Assembly (NCBI GenBank): GCA_965242925.1
Contig: CBDEUM010000038.1
Span: 315,668 to 379,667 of the forward strand
DNA: 64,000 nucleotides
Reading direction: 5' to 3'
From: Roseibacillus sp.
GTDB taxonomy: Bacteria; Verrucomicrobiota; Verrucomicrobiia; Verrucomicrobiales; Akkermansiaceae
The notes beneath the pieces were generated by a model. It saw nothing but the letters and a program-made list of their open reading frames with translations, did no database searches and was not told where the DNA came from. Positions 38,358 through 48,155 of this stretch are shown here, in pieces. Every line of letters begins with the position of its first letter. Within the stretch, counting starts at the first letter, position 1. The position numbers and the translations under genes were made by a program.

Positions 38358-39812
38358 ATGGCGGATTTGACTTTGGGACTGTCCTTTGACGACGTCCTTC
38401 TGGTGCCCAAGAAGAGTGGGGTTTTGCCCACTGAAGCACGGCTGGACACGGCGCTCACCGAGGAGATCCCGCTCAAGATCCCCGTGATTTCCGCGGCCAT
38501 GGACACGGTTTCGGAGTCAGAACTTGCGGTGTCTCTAGCTCGGGAAGGAGGGATGGCGGTTCTTCACCGGGCCTGTTCTGTGGAGGAGGAGGCGGAGATG
38601 GTTTCCCGGGTTAAGCGCTCGGAAAGCGCGGTTATCCAGAAACCAATGACGGTGAGGAGTGATACCACCATCGCGGATCTCAAGAGCATCATGGGGGAGC
38701 AGGGTTTCTCTGGATTTCCGGTGGTCGATGGGGAGGGCGTTTTGGTCGGAATGGTGACGGGTCGGGATATTCGCCATTTTGCCGACGACGCGGCCAAGGT
38801 GGGAGATGTCATGACCTGTGAGGACAAACTTGTCACGGGAGCCCCCGACACCACTCCCGAGGCAGCCCGCCGGATTCTCTATGAGCACCGCATTGAGAAA
38901 CTGCCTCTCGTTGACGCCGAGGGTCGGTTGTCGGGTTTAATCACCGGGGGCGATATTGAAAAACAGATCACTTTTGTGGATGCGGCCAAGGACCCGAATG
39001 GCCAGCTGCGTTGCGGCGCGGCCATCGGGGTGGGAGCGGAGTGGAAGGAGCGGGCGCAGGCGGTGATTGAGGCAGGTGCAGACGCCCTCTTCATTGATGC
39101 CGCGACGGGGCATACCTCGCGTGTTCTCCAGGTGGTGGAGGAATTGGCAGTTCTCTCGGACCGACCGGTTGTGGCGGGTAATGTGGTGACTGAACAGGGT
39201 GCACGCGATCTTGTCTCGGCAGGCGCCCGGGCAGTGAAAGTGGGAGTGGGTCCCGGATCGATTTGTACCACTCGCGTGATTGCCGGGGTGGGTATGCCGC
39301 AGTTCACGGCCATTCAGAATGTGGCTCCGTGGTGCCGGGAGAATGGTGTGCCCGTGATCGCGGACGGGGGAATACGTTACTCCGGTGATATCGTGAAGGC
39401 CCTGGCGGCTGGTGCGGATATCGTGATGCTGGGCTCGGTCCTGGCGGGGACCCGCGAGAGCCCGGGGTTAACGGTTCACTTTCAGGGGCGCCGCTTCAAG
39501 ACCTATCGGGGGATGGGATCTCTGGGTGCCATGATGAAGGGGTCCGGCGATCGCTACGGGCAGGGTGCCAGCGGCAAGCTGGTGGCCGAGGGAGTGGAGG
39601 GGCGCGTGCCCTACAAGGGTCCGCTGTCCGAGGTGGTTTATCAGCTCATGGGTGGACTCAGGTCAGGGATGGGATACGTGGGTGCGGAAAATCTCGATGC
39701 CCTGCGCTCACAGTGCGAGTTCGTGCGGATTACGCCAGGCGGATTGCGTGAGAGTCATACTCACGACATTGTCATCACGCAGGAACCTACCAATTATCAG
39801 CCGATCAGTTAG
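38358..39812 (+). CDS. guaB: IMP dehydrogenase
   Basis: [20 protein letters not shown] pair, [13 protein letters not shown] and YRGMGS motifs. Confidence 0.97.
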   Translation: MADLTLGLSFDDVLLVPKKSGVLPTEARLDTALTEEIPLKIPVISAAMDTVSESELAVSLAREGGMAVLHRACSVEEEAEMVSRVKRSESAVIQKPMTVRSDTTIADLKSIMGEQGFSGFPVVDGEGVLVGMVTGRDIRHFADDAAKVGDVMTCEDKLVTGAPDTTPEAARRILYEHRIEKLPLVDAEGRLSGLITGGDIEKQITFVDAAKDPNGQLRCGAAIGVGAEWKERAQAVIEAGADALFIDAATGHTSRVLQVVEELAVLSDRPVVAGNVVTEQGARDLVSAGARAVKVGVGPGSICTTRVIAGVGMPQFTAIQNVAPWCRENGVPVIADGGIRYSGDIVKALAAGADIVMLGSVLAGTRESPGLTVHFQGRRFKTYRGMGSLGAMMKGSGDRYGQGASGKLVAEGVEGRVPYKGPLSEVVYQLMGGLRSGMGYVGAENLDALRSQCEFVRITPGGLRESHTHDIVITQEPTNYQPIS

Positions 39813-39847
39813 GAGCGGACTGAGGATTAGTTATTGAGGTCACGGTC

Positions 39848-41371
39848 ATGGAAGAGAACAGGCACGTCGCAGTTGTTGATTTCGGGTCGCAGTATACGCA
39901 ACTCATCGTGCGACGGGTGCGGGAGCTGGGTTTCTTTGCCAGACTCTACGCTCTGGAAGAATTCGATGAGCTAGGGAAACCGGGTGCGATTATCCTGTCG
40001 GGGGGACCCAGGAGCACCAGCGAGGAAGATGCGCCCGACATCGATTTCGGACGGTTACAGGATTATGGAGTTCCTGTGCTCGGCATCTGCTATGGGATGC
40101 AGCTGCTCAATATCAAGTTTGGCGGGAATGTGGAGGCCAGCGATCATCGCGAATATGGGCCAGCGGTGCTGAAGCCGAAGGAGCAGAAAGGGCTCTTCGA
40201 AGGGATTTCCCAGGAGTCGCAGGTGTGGATGAGTCACTCGGATACGGTCAACGATCTGGCTGAGAATTGCCGGGTGATTGCCAGTAATCAGCATGGCACG
40301 CCGGTGAGCCTGCAGTGGGGCGAACGCTATTTTGGGATTCAATTCCATCCGGAGGTGACTCACAGCCATGAAGGACTGAGGGTCCTGAAGAATTTTCTAC
40401 AGCGAGCCGACTCGCTGCAGGAATTCCGTATCGAAGACTTCAAGCGTGAACTCCTGGAAAAGATCCGTGAAAGGGTCGGCGAAAAGCAGGTCGTGTGCGG
40501 TGTGAGTGGCGGGGTGGACAGCACCGTGCTGGCAGTCCTCCTGAAGGAGGCGGGAATCAAGATGAGGGCCATCTTCGTCGATCACGGGCTTTTGCGAAAG
40601 GATGAGGGAGATGAGGTGCAAAAGAACTTCCGACGGATGGGAGTGGACATCGAGACGGTGGACGCTTCGGAGCGCTTTCTGGGCGATTTGTCCGGGGTGA
40701 CTGACCCGGAGGCCAAGCGTAAAATCATCGGAAATCTGTTTATCGAGGTCTTCTGGGATTCGGTGGGAGACGCGGATATGCTTGCGCAGGGCACACTCTA
40801 TCCGGATGTGATCGAGAGCGCATCGAATGCCAAGACCAAGGCCTCCAAGATCAAGACCCACCACAACCGGGTGGACAGGATTCTGGAGCTACAGGAACAG
40901 GGTAAGGTCCTGGAGCCCCTGGCGGAGTTGTTCAAGGACGAGGTGCGGGAACTGGGCATGTCCTTGGGAATTGCGCATGATATCGTGCATCGGCATCCCT
41001 TTCCAGGTCCCGGACTGGCGGTCCGCTGTCCGGGTGAGATCACAGAGGATCGGCTTCGCATCATCCGCGACAGCGATGCAATCTTCATTTCCCGCCTCAA
41101 GGATCACGGTTGGTATGACAAGGTGTGGCAGGCCTATGTCGCGCTTGTGCCGGTCAGGACCGTGGGAGTGAAGGGCGACGAAAGAAGCTACGAATTCGCC
41201 GTGAGTCTGCGGGCCGTGGTGAGCGAAGATGCCATGACCGCAGACTGGGTAGAACTCCCCTACGATATCCTCAGGGAGACCAGCCACCGGATTCTCAACA
41301 GTGTGCCCGGAGTGAACCGGGTCCTCTATGACGTTTCCACCAAGCCACCCGCCAGTATCGAGTGGGAGTAG
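39848..41371 (+). CDS. guaA: GMP synthase (glutamine-hydrolysing)
   Basis: DFGSQY, GICYGMQ, QFHPEV, SGGVDS, QGTLYPDVIES and KPPASIEWE motifs. Confidence 0.97.
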   Translation: MEENRHVAVVDFGSQYTQLIVRRVRELGFFARLYALEEFDELGKPGAIILSGGPRSTSEEDAPDIDFGRLQDYGVPVLGICYGMQLLNIKFGGNVEASDHREYGPAVLKPKEQKGLFEGISQESQVWMSHSDTVNDLAENCRVIASNQHGTPVSLQWGERYFGIQFHPEVTHSHEGLRVLKNFLQRADSLQEFRIEDFKRELLEKIRERVGEKQVVCGVSGGVDSTVLAVLLKEAGIKMRAIFVDHGLLRKDEGDEVQKNFRRMGVDIETVDASERFLGDLSGVTDPEAKRKIIGNLFIEVFWDSVGDADMLAQGTLYPDVIESASNAKTKASKIKTHHNRVDRILELQEQGKVLEPLAELFKDEVRELGMSLGIAHDIVHRHPFPGPGLAVRCPGEITEDRLRIIRDSDAIFISRLKDHGWYDKVWQAYVALVPVRTVGVKGDERSYEFAVSLRAVVSEDAMTADWVELPYDILRETSHRILNSVPGVNRVLYDVSTKPPASIEWE

Positions 41372-41468
41372 TTGGAGGCCGAAGCCGAATCCGCAGAGAC
41401 TCAGAGGGAGCCGGACTGCCCCGGAACTTCGCGCATGCAGTCTTCAGTCTCAGGGCGAGCTATCCCCG

Positions 41469-42335
41469 TCACGACTTGTCGGCGTCCGTGACCATTCTGA
41501 CAGGAATGGGGGCCAGGGCCTTGCCGGCAGCGAGAGTCATGTGGGGGAAGGGGATCTCGATGTCTTCCTCGTCGAAGCGTTCCTTGAGTTCGCGTGGCAG
41601 GGTGTTGCGGAGTGTGCCGTAGTCCTCCTGGATACACCAGGCGCCCAGGCGGAAGTTAAGGGAGGAGTCGCCAAAGCCGGTGAAGATGATGAGGGGCTCT
41701 GGTTCATCAAGGCATTGGAGGTTTTTTTCGGAGACATCCCGCAGCACGCTGAGGACGTGTCCAATGTTCTCGTCGTAGGCCACGCCCACCTCCAGGTTGA
41801 ACCGTCGGATCGGATGCCGGGTGACGTTGGTGACGTTGGTTTTGACCAGGGTTTCGTTGGGAATGCGCACCGAGCGGTTGTCGAAGGTTCGCAGGGTGAG
41901 TGACAGCAGTCCGATGGTGTCGACTGTGCCGCTGATACCATCGATCTCGATGATGTCACCAAGTTCGAAGGGTCGTTCACCAATGAGGAAGAATCCACTG
42001 ATGATATTCGAGAGCGAAGTCTGAGCCGCAAATCCGATCGCGATGCCGGCGACCCCGGCGGCTCCGAGAATCGCTCCCAGGTCCAGGCCCATCTGGTTGA
42101 GAGCCAGGATGCATGCGAAAGCAAAGCCAAGATAGCGGATGAGCTTCTTGAGCACCATCACGCCCTGAGATCCCAGGCGCGAGCCGAAGATCCGGAGGGC
42201 CGCCTTGTTGAGGATCGTGATGGTGATGACACCGCCCAGCAGGATGGCGGCAGCCCCTACGACCTTCCAGAGGGCTTCTGATTCGAGAAGGTTGGCGAGC
42301 CAGACGGGCAGGGCGGCGAGAATCGGGGTGGTCAC
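41469..42335 (-). CDS. mscS: Small-conductance mechanosensitive channel (MscS family)
   Basis: GAAGVAGIAIGFAAQTSLSNIISG, ERPFELGD, IPNETL and IEIPFP motifs. Confidence 0.92.
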   Translation of the reverse strand: MTTPILAALPVWLANLLESEALWKVVGAAAILLGGVITITILNKAALRIFGSRLGSQGVMVLKKLIRYLGFAFACILALNQMGLDLGAILGAAGVAGIAIGFAAQTSLSNIISGFFLIGERPFELGDIIEIDGISGTVDTIGLLSLTLRTFDNRSVRIPNETLVKTNVTNVTRHPIRRFNLEVGVAYDENIGHVLSVLRDVSEKNLQCLDEPEPLIIFTGFGDSSLNFRLGAWCIQEDYGTLRNTLPRELKERFDEEDIEIPFPHMTLAAGKALAPIPVRMVTDADKS

Positions 42336-42344
42336 GGCAGAGGC

Positions 42345-43133
42345 TCAGTTGATGACGTCAATAACAGAGGCGAATGCCCGTCGGAGGGAGGAGTGGCGTA
42401 TCGTTCCGGCCCGTGCATGAGTAATTTCAGTGGCATCGGCGGCAGGGTGAAGGGGGCCGGGTTCGTAGGTGATGTCGTTGCCTTCCTCCTCGTCCTCTCT
42501 TATCCGGATGCGGCATGCATTGGACCAGAGCCGGCCTTCATGGGCGAAGATGGAAAAATGTCCCAGGTCGAGGAAGAGTCGTTCAAATTCAAATGGTTCC
42601 TCGCCTTCGTTATACAGATCCACTGTCACGATGATATCGTGCCTGGGCCAGTCTTCGGGCTCAAAGTGACGACGTGCGCGAGTGCGCAGCGAGTAACAGG
42701 GTTCGCCCTCGGAGCGGTCGCCGTGCCAGGTCTTGCTGAGGGTTTCCGTCGAGATACTGGTGAGCTTGCGCAGGCCGGTGCCACATTCGCCGTGAACCTC
42801 GATGCTTGAGGGGATGCCAACATAGAAGAGGGCGTTCCCCCTGGGGGCAATGGAGAGAGAGGTGGTTGGTTTGGCAATAATGGGGAGATCAGGGAAGGAG
42901 GGCAGGAGACGAACCCGGGAGTCGTCGTCGCCGCAGTCCCAGCGCCCCCATTCCAGACTGGCAGGGAGATCCTGCCTGTCGCCCTCCTCTGGCAACTCCG
43001 GGAAATCCCCGTGCTCCCACGTGCTTACGCGCCACTCGTCATGGCGACGGAGAAGGGCAAGATTGAGTGGGCCCATTCTTGTGCGAAACCAGCGGCCCTG
43101 CGCGAGCTCGCGTTCGTCCCAAGGCTGAATCAC
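42345..43133 (-). CDS. DUF432-like hypothetical protein
   Basis: Beta-rich soluble protein with LPIIAKP...LSIAP...LSKTWHG...CY pattern, co-oriented directly upstream of mscS. DUF432 call is from recall. Confidence 0.6.
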   Translation of the reverse strand: MIQPWDERELAQGRWFRTRMGPLNLALLRRHDEWRVSTWEHGDFPELPEEGDRQDLPASLEWGRWDCGDDDSRVRLLPSFPDLPIIAKPTTSLSIAPRGNALFYVGIPSSIEVHGECGTGLRKLTSISTETLSKTWHGDRSEGEPCYSLRTRARRHFEPEDWPRHDIIVTVDLYNEGEEPFEFERLFLDLGHFSIFAHEGRLWSNACRIRIREDEEEGNDITYEPGPLHPAADATEITHARAGTIRHSSLRRAFASVIDVIN

Positions 43134-43357
43134 CCGGCCACGATGGAAACTGCACCGGGCAAGTCAAGCGAGGCGATGGATGGATGCAGACGGGTTTGGG
43201 AATAGATTGTGAACAGAGCGTCAGATATGGTCATGCCCTGTGAATACTGGAGAAAGGGTGGATCGTGGCATTCCTGGTGATTTTCCACCGTCATTCAAGG
43301 GGGGAGTTTGCTTAGCGTTGACGGTTTCCGGCGTTGCCTCTAAGAATGGAAAGACTG

Positions 43358-44473
43358 ATGAATCTGACCAGAACAGCATACGGGACCTGGAGCGGAGGAC
43401 GCTTCATGCATTTTGGCGAGACGTTGGAGGAAGATCGCTACCTGGAGTGTATCCGCCTTGCATATGAGAGCGGTGTGCGGACGTTCGTGACGGCGGATGT
43501 GTATGGACATGGTCAGGCTGACGCGGCACTGGCAGAGGCCCTCAGCGACTATCCCCGGGAGTCCTATTGTCTGGTGGGAGCTATCGGGCACGATTTTTAT
43601 GAAGGGTCACGATCCGGGGCGGGAGGCTACCCGCGCTTCACCGATCCCGGCCTGCGTAAGCCTGCGGAGTATCGCGACTATCTACGGATGGCCTGTGAGA
43701 AGTCGCTCATGAACAATCGGACCGACCATTTTGACCTTCTCCTTCTGCACAATCCGGATGAGCTGGGATACACGCAGGAGGACGTGTGGAAGGCCATGGC
43801 AGCCCTCAAGGAAGAGGGAATGGCGCAGCGCCTGGGTGTTGCACCAGGTCCGGCCAATGGCTTTGTCCTCGACTTGATCTGCAGTTTCGAGCGCTTCGGG
43901 GAGTTGATCGAATGGGCCATGATCATTATTAATCCGCTGGAGCCATGGCCGGGGCAGTTCGTGCTACCAGCAGCCCGGCAACACGGGGTTGAGATTCTGA
44001 CCAGAGTGGTTGACTATGGAGGATTGTTTCAGGGCGACGTGAAGCCTGGACATGATTTCAGGCCCGGCGATCACCGGTCCTACCGACCGGAAGGCTGGGT
44101 GGAGGAAGGCCATGAGCGGATTGAGAAGATGGCCCCGATCATCAATCGACACGGACTTTCCCTTTTGCATTTCGCTTGTCTGTGGAATCTCTCCCAGGAG
44201 CCTGTGAAGAGCGTGGTCCCCACCTTCATTCAGGAAGCAGGTGATGAGGGAAGATCCATCGAGGACAAGATCGAAGAGTTTGGAGCTCTTCCGGAGGTTG
44301 TCCTGAGTGCGGAGGAGGTAGAGGAAGTAAGGGCCGCCGGGGATAATACCGGCTGCATGCGACTGAAGGGCGCGAGCCAGCGTCACAAGCGCAGCGAGAG
44401 GCCTGACGAGTGGCCCATGCGGGACGAGTTATTGAAACTAGCTGACCGGTATGGACTGGGGGCAGAGTGGTAG
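43358..44473 (+). CDS. Aldo/keto reductase-like protein with atypical catalytic residues
   Basis: AYGTWSGG, GVRTFVTADVYG and FDLLLLHNPD give the AKR barrel pattern; the Asp and Lys of the tetrad are not evident. Confidence 0.85.
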   Translation: MNLTRTAYGTWSGGRFMHFGETLEEDRYLECIRLAYESGVRTFVTADVYGHGQADAALAEALSDYPRESYCLVGAIGHDFYEGSRSGAGGYPRFTDPGLRKPAEYRDYLRMACEKSLMNNRTDHFDLLLLHNPDELGYTQEDVWKAMAALKEEGMAQRLGVAPGPANGFVLDLICSFERFGELIEWAMIIINPLEPWPGQFVLPAARQHGVEILTRVVDYGGLFQGDVKPGHDFRPGDHRSYRPEGWVEEGHERIEKMAPIINRHGLSLLHFACLWNLSQEPVKSVVPTFIQEAGDEGRSIEDKIEEFGALPEVVLSAEEVEEVRAAGDNTGCMRLKGASQRHKRSERPDEWPMRDELLKLADRYGLGAEW

Positions 44474-44513
44474 GGACGGTTGATGAAGTGATGCGCGATC
44501 GGAAGAGGAAGTC

Positions 44514-45158
44514 ATGAAGTGCCCCCGATGTGTGCAGCGTATCCACCGCATGGCACGGCAGTGCCCGCACTGTGGATTCAGCATTGCCGATGTGGACCGG
44601 GTCTTTGGTGAAGATGATGTGAGACTGGGGGTCCTGACTGATGCGGCAGGAGTGTTGCGGAAGAAAGAGCGGGTGGCCTTGCTCAGGATGCTGCGTAACT
44701 TTGAATCCACTTTTCCCCAGCTCTTCTTCGGGATCTACTTTGGGACTTTCAGGGAATTGCCGAGCCTGCGGCAGTTCGGATTCTGGCTGCTGAACCGGGG
44801 TGCGTTCGAGGACGTGGATGTTTCCCGTCCCAACGAAGCGGGAATCTTGTTGAGCGTTGATGTTGGGGAAAAGTCGGCAGGGATCACCTATGGTTACTCC
44901 CTCCAACCCTTTCTCGATGATGAGGCGACCTTCAAGGCCGTGTCAGCGGCACATCCCTACTTTCTGCAGGGGCAGTGGATGAAAGCCAGCGAGGTGGTGA
45001 TCCGAAAGATCAGTAAGACCCTGGGCAGACAGGCTCGCCGGGCCCGGCGCGATCCGGCGGCTTTTCAGGGGTCGCCCGAGAAGGCGGAAGGAATCGGAAA
45101 GATGCCGGAACGAATCCGGGCCGGTCACCGGAGGAGCCAGAGGAAGACACAGGCATGA
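44514..45158 (+). CDS. Zinc-ribbon plus TPM-like domain protein
   Basis: MKCPRC...CPHCGF; LTDAAGVL, GILLSVD and ITYGYSLQPFL resemble the TPM domain (DxAxxL, GvLl, IevGYGLE). Confidence 0.7.
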   Translation: MKCPRCVQRIHRMARQCPHCGFSIADVDRVFGEDDVRLGVLTDAAGVLRKKERVALLRMLRNFESTFPQLFFGIYFGTFRELPSLRQFGFWLLNRGAFEDVDVSRPNEAGILLSVDVGEKSAGITYGYSLQPFLDDEATFKAVSAAHPYFLQGQWMKASEVVIRKISKTLGRQARRARRDPAAFQGSPEKAEGIGKMPERIRAGHRRSQRKTQA

Positions 45159-46309
45159 GAAAGGGGCTGTTCATTCTATTATCCCTGGTGCTCCCGGAGG
45201 GCGCGCTGACCGGACAGGATTCGCTGCGGCCTCCCGCCGCAACTTCGGAATCGGCCAGGGGCGCAGAGACAGAAGGCAGGGCGAAGGACCCGGAGGAGAA
45301 GGCAGCGGAACTGGAGAAGGTGAGGAAATCCCGGTTGCCCGCTCTTCCTGTCTGGAGTCCTAGCGATTACGAGAAGGTCAAGAGGGGAGAAATCGTGGCG
45401 GGCCAGAATTTTTTCGCACCTGTCCCGGTCGATCCTGACGCAACGATTGAACCGCCGGTGGTGGAACTGCCGGAACCAGTCGAGGAGTCGCCTCAGCCAG
45501 AGGAAGATGAGACCGCGATTTCAGCCGAACACATGGTCGAATACTTCCGGGAGATTCCCAGAGACGGGCGCGGGGAATCTATTTTCCTGAGTGATCCCCA
45601 GGACTTGTTGTCGCAACAGGAGTTCCGGGATCGGGAGAGTTTCCTCCACTACCATTCCAGCGAGTCGAACATCGACATGTTTGTCTATCTTTTCGACCAA
45701 AGGCAGGAATTCCCGGTGGATACGGATATTCAGGCCGTTTACCAGGGCCTGTTTATGAAGCATGGTCCGGTGGCGTTGGTCTTTTATCACCTTGGAGCTC
45801 CCGATCGCTCGCAGTTTTTTCTGAGTTCAGATATCCGTGCGGTGATTTCGCAGGATGAACAGGACCGTGCGCTGCGGGCCGCAGTGCAGGAGGCATTCGA
45901 GAAAAGCGATGTGGCCTACCAGTTGGACAACTTCCTGGTTGAACTCTCGATTCGTCTCTACTGGATCGAACGGGAGTTGAAAGCCGCCACGGCAACGCGC
46001 GAGGCTCGTCGTCTCGAAAGCGAAATCCGGGTGATTCCTGCTCCTGTGGGGAACGAAGAAGATAATCTTCGACTGGTCGGTCGGGCGGTTCTCCTTGCCT
46101 TCTGCGTGATCCTCGTCGGGCTGTCAGGGTGGGCTGGCTGGCTGTGGCTGCAGCATCGCAGGAAGTATCGCTTTCCGGAGGTAGAGTGTGGACCGCTCCT
46201 GGGGGCGCCGTATGCCGCCGGGGTGGGTGCGGTCATCTCGTTCAGCAACGCCCATCTCCCGCCGTCACGGCAACGCGACCAGGTGCCGGACTACCTGGAA
46301 CGAATGTAG
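45155..46309 (+). CDS. Exported hypothetical protein with possible TPM-like domain and C-terminal TM anchor
   Basis: Signal peptide, Pro/Glu-rich linker, FLSDPQDLLS motif and TM AVLLAFCVILVGLSGWAGWLWL; ATGA overlap with the upstream gene. Confidence 0.7.
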   Translation: MRKGLFILLSLVLPEGALTGQDSLRPPAATSESARGAETEGRAKDPEEKAAELEKVRKSRLPALPVWSPSDYEKVKRGEIVAGQNFFAPVPVDPDATIEPPVVELPEPVEESPQPEEDETAISAEHMVEYFREIPRDGRGESIFLSDPQDLLSQQEFRDRESFLHYHSSESNIDMFVYLFDQRQEFPVDTDIQAVYQGLFMKHGPVALVFYHLGAPDRSQFFLSSDIRAVISQDEQDRALRAAVQEAFEKSDVAYQLDNFLVELSIRLYWIERELKAATATREARRLESEIRVIPAPVGNEEDNLRLVGRAVLLAFCVILVGLSGWAGWLWLQHRRKYRFPEVECGPLLGAPYAAGVGAVISFSNAHLPPSRQRDQVPDYLERM

Positions 46310-47132
46310 GGTAAGCCAGGGGGGCAGAGGTTTTTCCCCATGGACTGGGAAGAATCGTGTCGAAAAGGAGATTCGCGATGGGATCTTGTTGAGCCTGCCC
46401 GTCCTCTTGTCGTTCTGTCAGAGGGTGAACGGCTGATGATCGGGGTGCAGGCAGGGTCCTGGTTTCAGGTTAGGAGGCGATCATGACGCGGTGGCGTAGC
46501 AGAAGGCAGGAAGGAAGTTCTTCGGTCTGGAATTGTCTCCGCCTGCGCTGGCGGCGGCGCGGGGAGCGTTATGGGGAAGGAGTGACGGTGGTGGATGGGA
46601 ATTTCTTCGATGAAGCACTCACTGCACGGTGCCATGTGAAAAGGCTCTTCGAGCATGCCTTCTTCTGTGCGATGGCTCCTTCCCTTCGGTGGATCGCATA
46701 CTGAGTCGGCAACTCGATGACTGGTGTCGGGGAACGGGTGGTCAGAGTCTTTTTTCGCGATCTTCCGGGGCGGGAGGATGGTGAACCCGGACTGCCTTGC
46801 CGGAACTTCGGGAGTTATATACAGAGTTTTTCACAATTCAGAGGAATCGTCACCCGATCGCAGCCATCCCGACAGGTGAGGGAGAGAGATCATGATTGAG
46901 ATGGTCAGAAGGCCCTGAAATTCAGCCGGTGAGCTGAGCGGAATTGTACTTGCAAAGTAGCCTTGCATCATAAACCTATAAAGATTCCCCCTTTGGGGGG
47001 GGTTAGACAGCCCAATTGGCGTTGGCTACAGGTTAGGGGGTTTCCTGGGCCAGTTTTACGCCGTTGGGTTGTCTTTTTTCAGGCTTGGGCGTTGAAGTGG
47101 CATTACCCGGGACCTATTTTGCCTCTGTAAAG

Positions 47133-48155
47133 ATGATGAAGCCTCTCCCCCATTCCGAACGGCACCTCGGAAGGTCGGCAATCCTCTGCACTCTCTTGTT
47201 CGCGGTTTTCAGCGTGGGATCCAGGGCTGGAGAAAAGGAAGGTAATCGTCCCTACTTCAACCAGAAGGAGGTCCCGGAGAATATCCGGGATCTCAAGAGG
47301 ATTCAGGAGGCTCTGCAGAAGAGCCTGCCCCGCTCCCGTTCAGCTACGGTTTCGATCGATCTGGGAGGTGGCTCAGGCAGTGGCGTTATCGTCAGCGAGA
47401 AGGGTTTGATCCTGACTGCCGCGCACGTGAGTGGAGGCGTGGGAAAGAAAATGACGGTTATCATGGAGGACGGCACCAAGCACAAGGCGACTTCTCAGGG
47501 CCTGGTGGCTGCGACAGATGCGGCCATGGTCAAGATTGATGAGGAAGGGACCTATCCTTATGTCGAACTGGACGGGAAGGATACCGCTTCACTTGGAGAT
47601 TGGGTTTATGCCCTGGGGCATTCCGGTGGGTTCGAGAAGGAGCGAGGGGTGGGAGTCCGGATCGGTCGTCTGGTGCGGATGGCGGACGAAACGATCAACT
47701 CGGACTGCAACCTGATCGGGGGCGATTCCGGGGGGCCTCTCTTCGACATGAACGGGCGGTTGATCGGTATACACAGTCGAGTGGGAGCCAGTCTGGAGCA
47801 GAACATGCACGTGCCTGTGAGGGAGTTCCTCACGAACTGGGATGAGATGCTCAGGAATGCATTCATCGGGGAGGGGCCTTTCGTTCAGAAAGCCGGGCCC
47901 GGTTTCTTGGGAGTGGCCACGGAAGACCGGGAAGAGGGTGGAGTGATCTTGAAAGCGGTGGGGGAGGAGACGCCCGCGGCAACGGCAGGCCTCAAGGAAG
48001 GAGATGCGATCGTGGAGTTGAATGGTGAAAAGATCGAGAATGGGAAGCACTTCTCTGCCTTGATCAAGGAATGCAAGCCGGGAGATAAAGTGAAGCTCAA
48101 GATCCTGCGAGATGATGAAGAGATGGAAATCGAAGTGGAACTGGGTGAGAAGTAG
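47133..48155 (+). CDS. HtrA/DegP-like trypsin serine protease with one PDZ domain
   Basis: GSGVIV, LTAAHV, DAAMVKI and GGDSGGPL (intact triad); C-terminal GFLGV...PAATAGLKEGD PDZ. Confidence 0.92.
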   Translation: MMKPLPHSERHLGRSAILCTLLFAVFSVGSRAGEKEGNRPYFNQKEVPENIRDLKRIQEALQKSLPRSRSATVSIDLGGGSGSGVIVSEKGLILTAAHVSGGVGKKMTVIMEDGTKHKATSQGLVAATDAAMVKIDEEGTYPYVELDGKDTASLGDWVYALGHSGGFEKERGVGVRIGRLVRMADETINSDCNLIGGDSGGPLFDMNGRLIGIHSRVGASLEQNMHVPVREFLTNWDEMLRNAFIGEGPFVQKAGPGFLGVATEDREEGGVILKAVGEETPAATAGLKEGDAIVELNGEKIENGKHFSALIKECKPGDKVKLKILRDDEEMEIEVELGEK

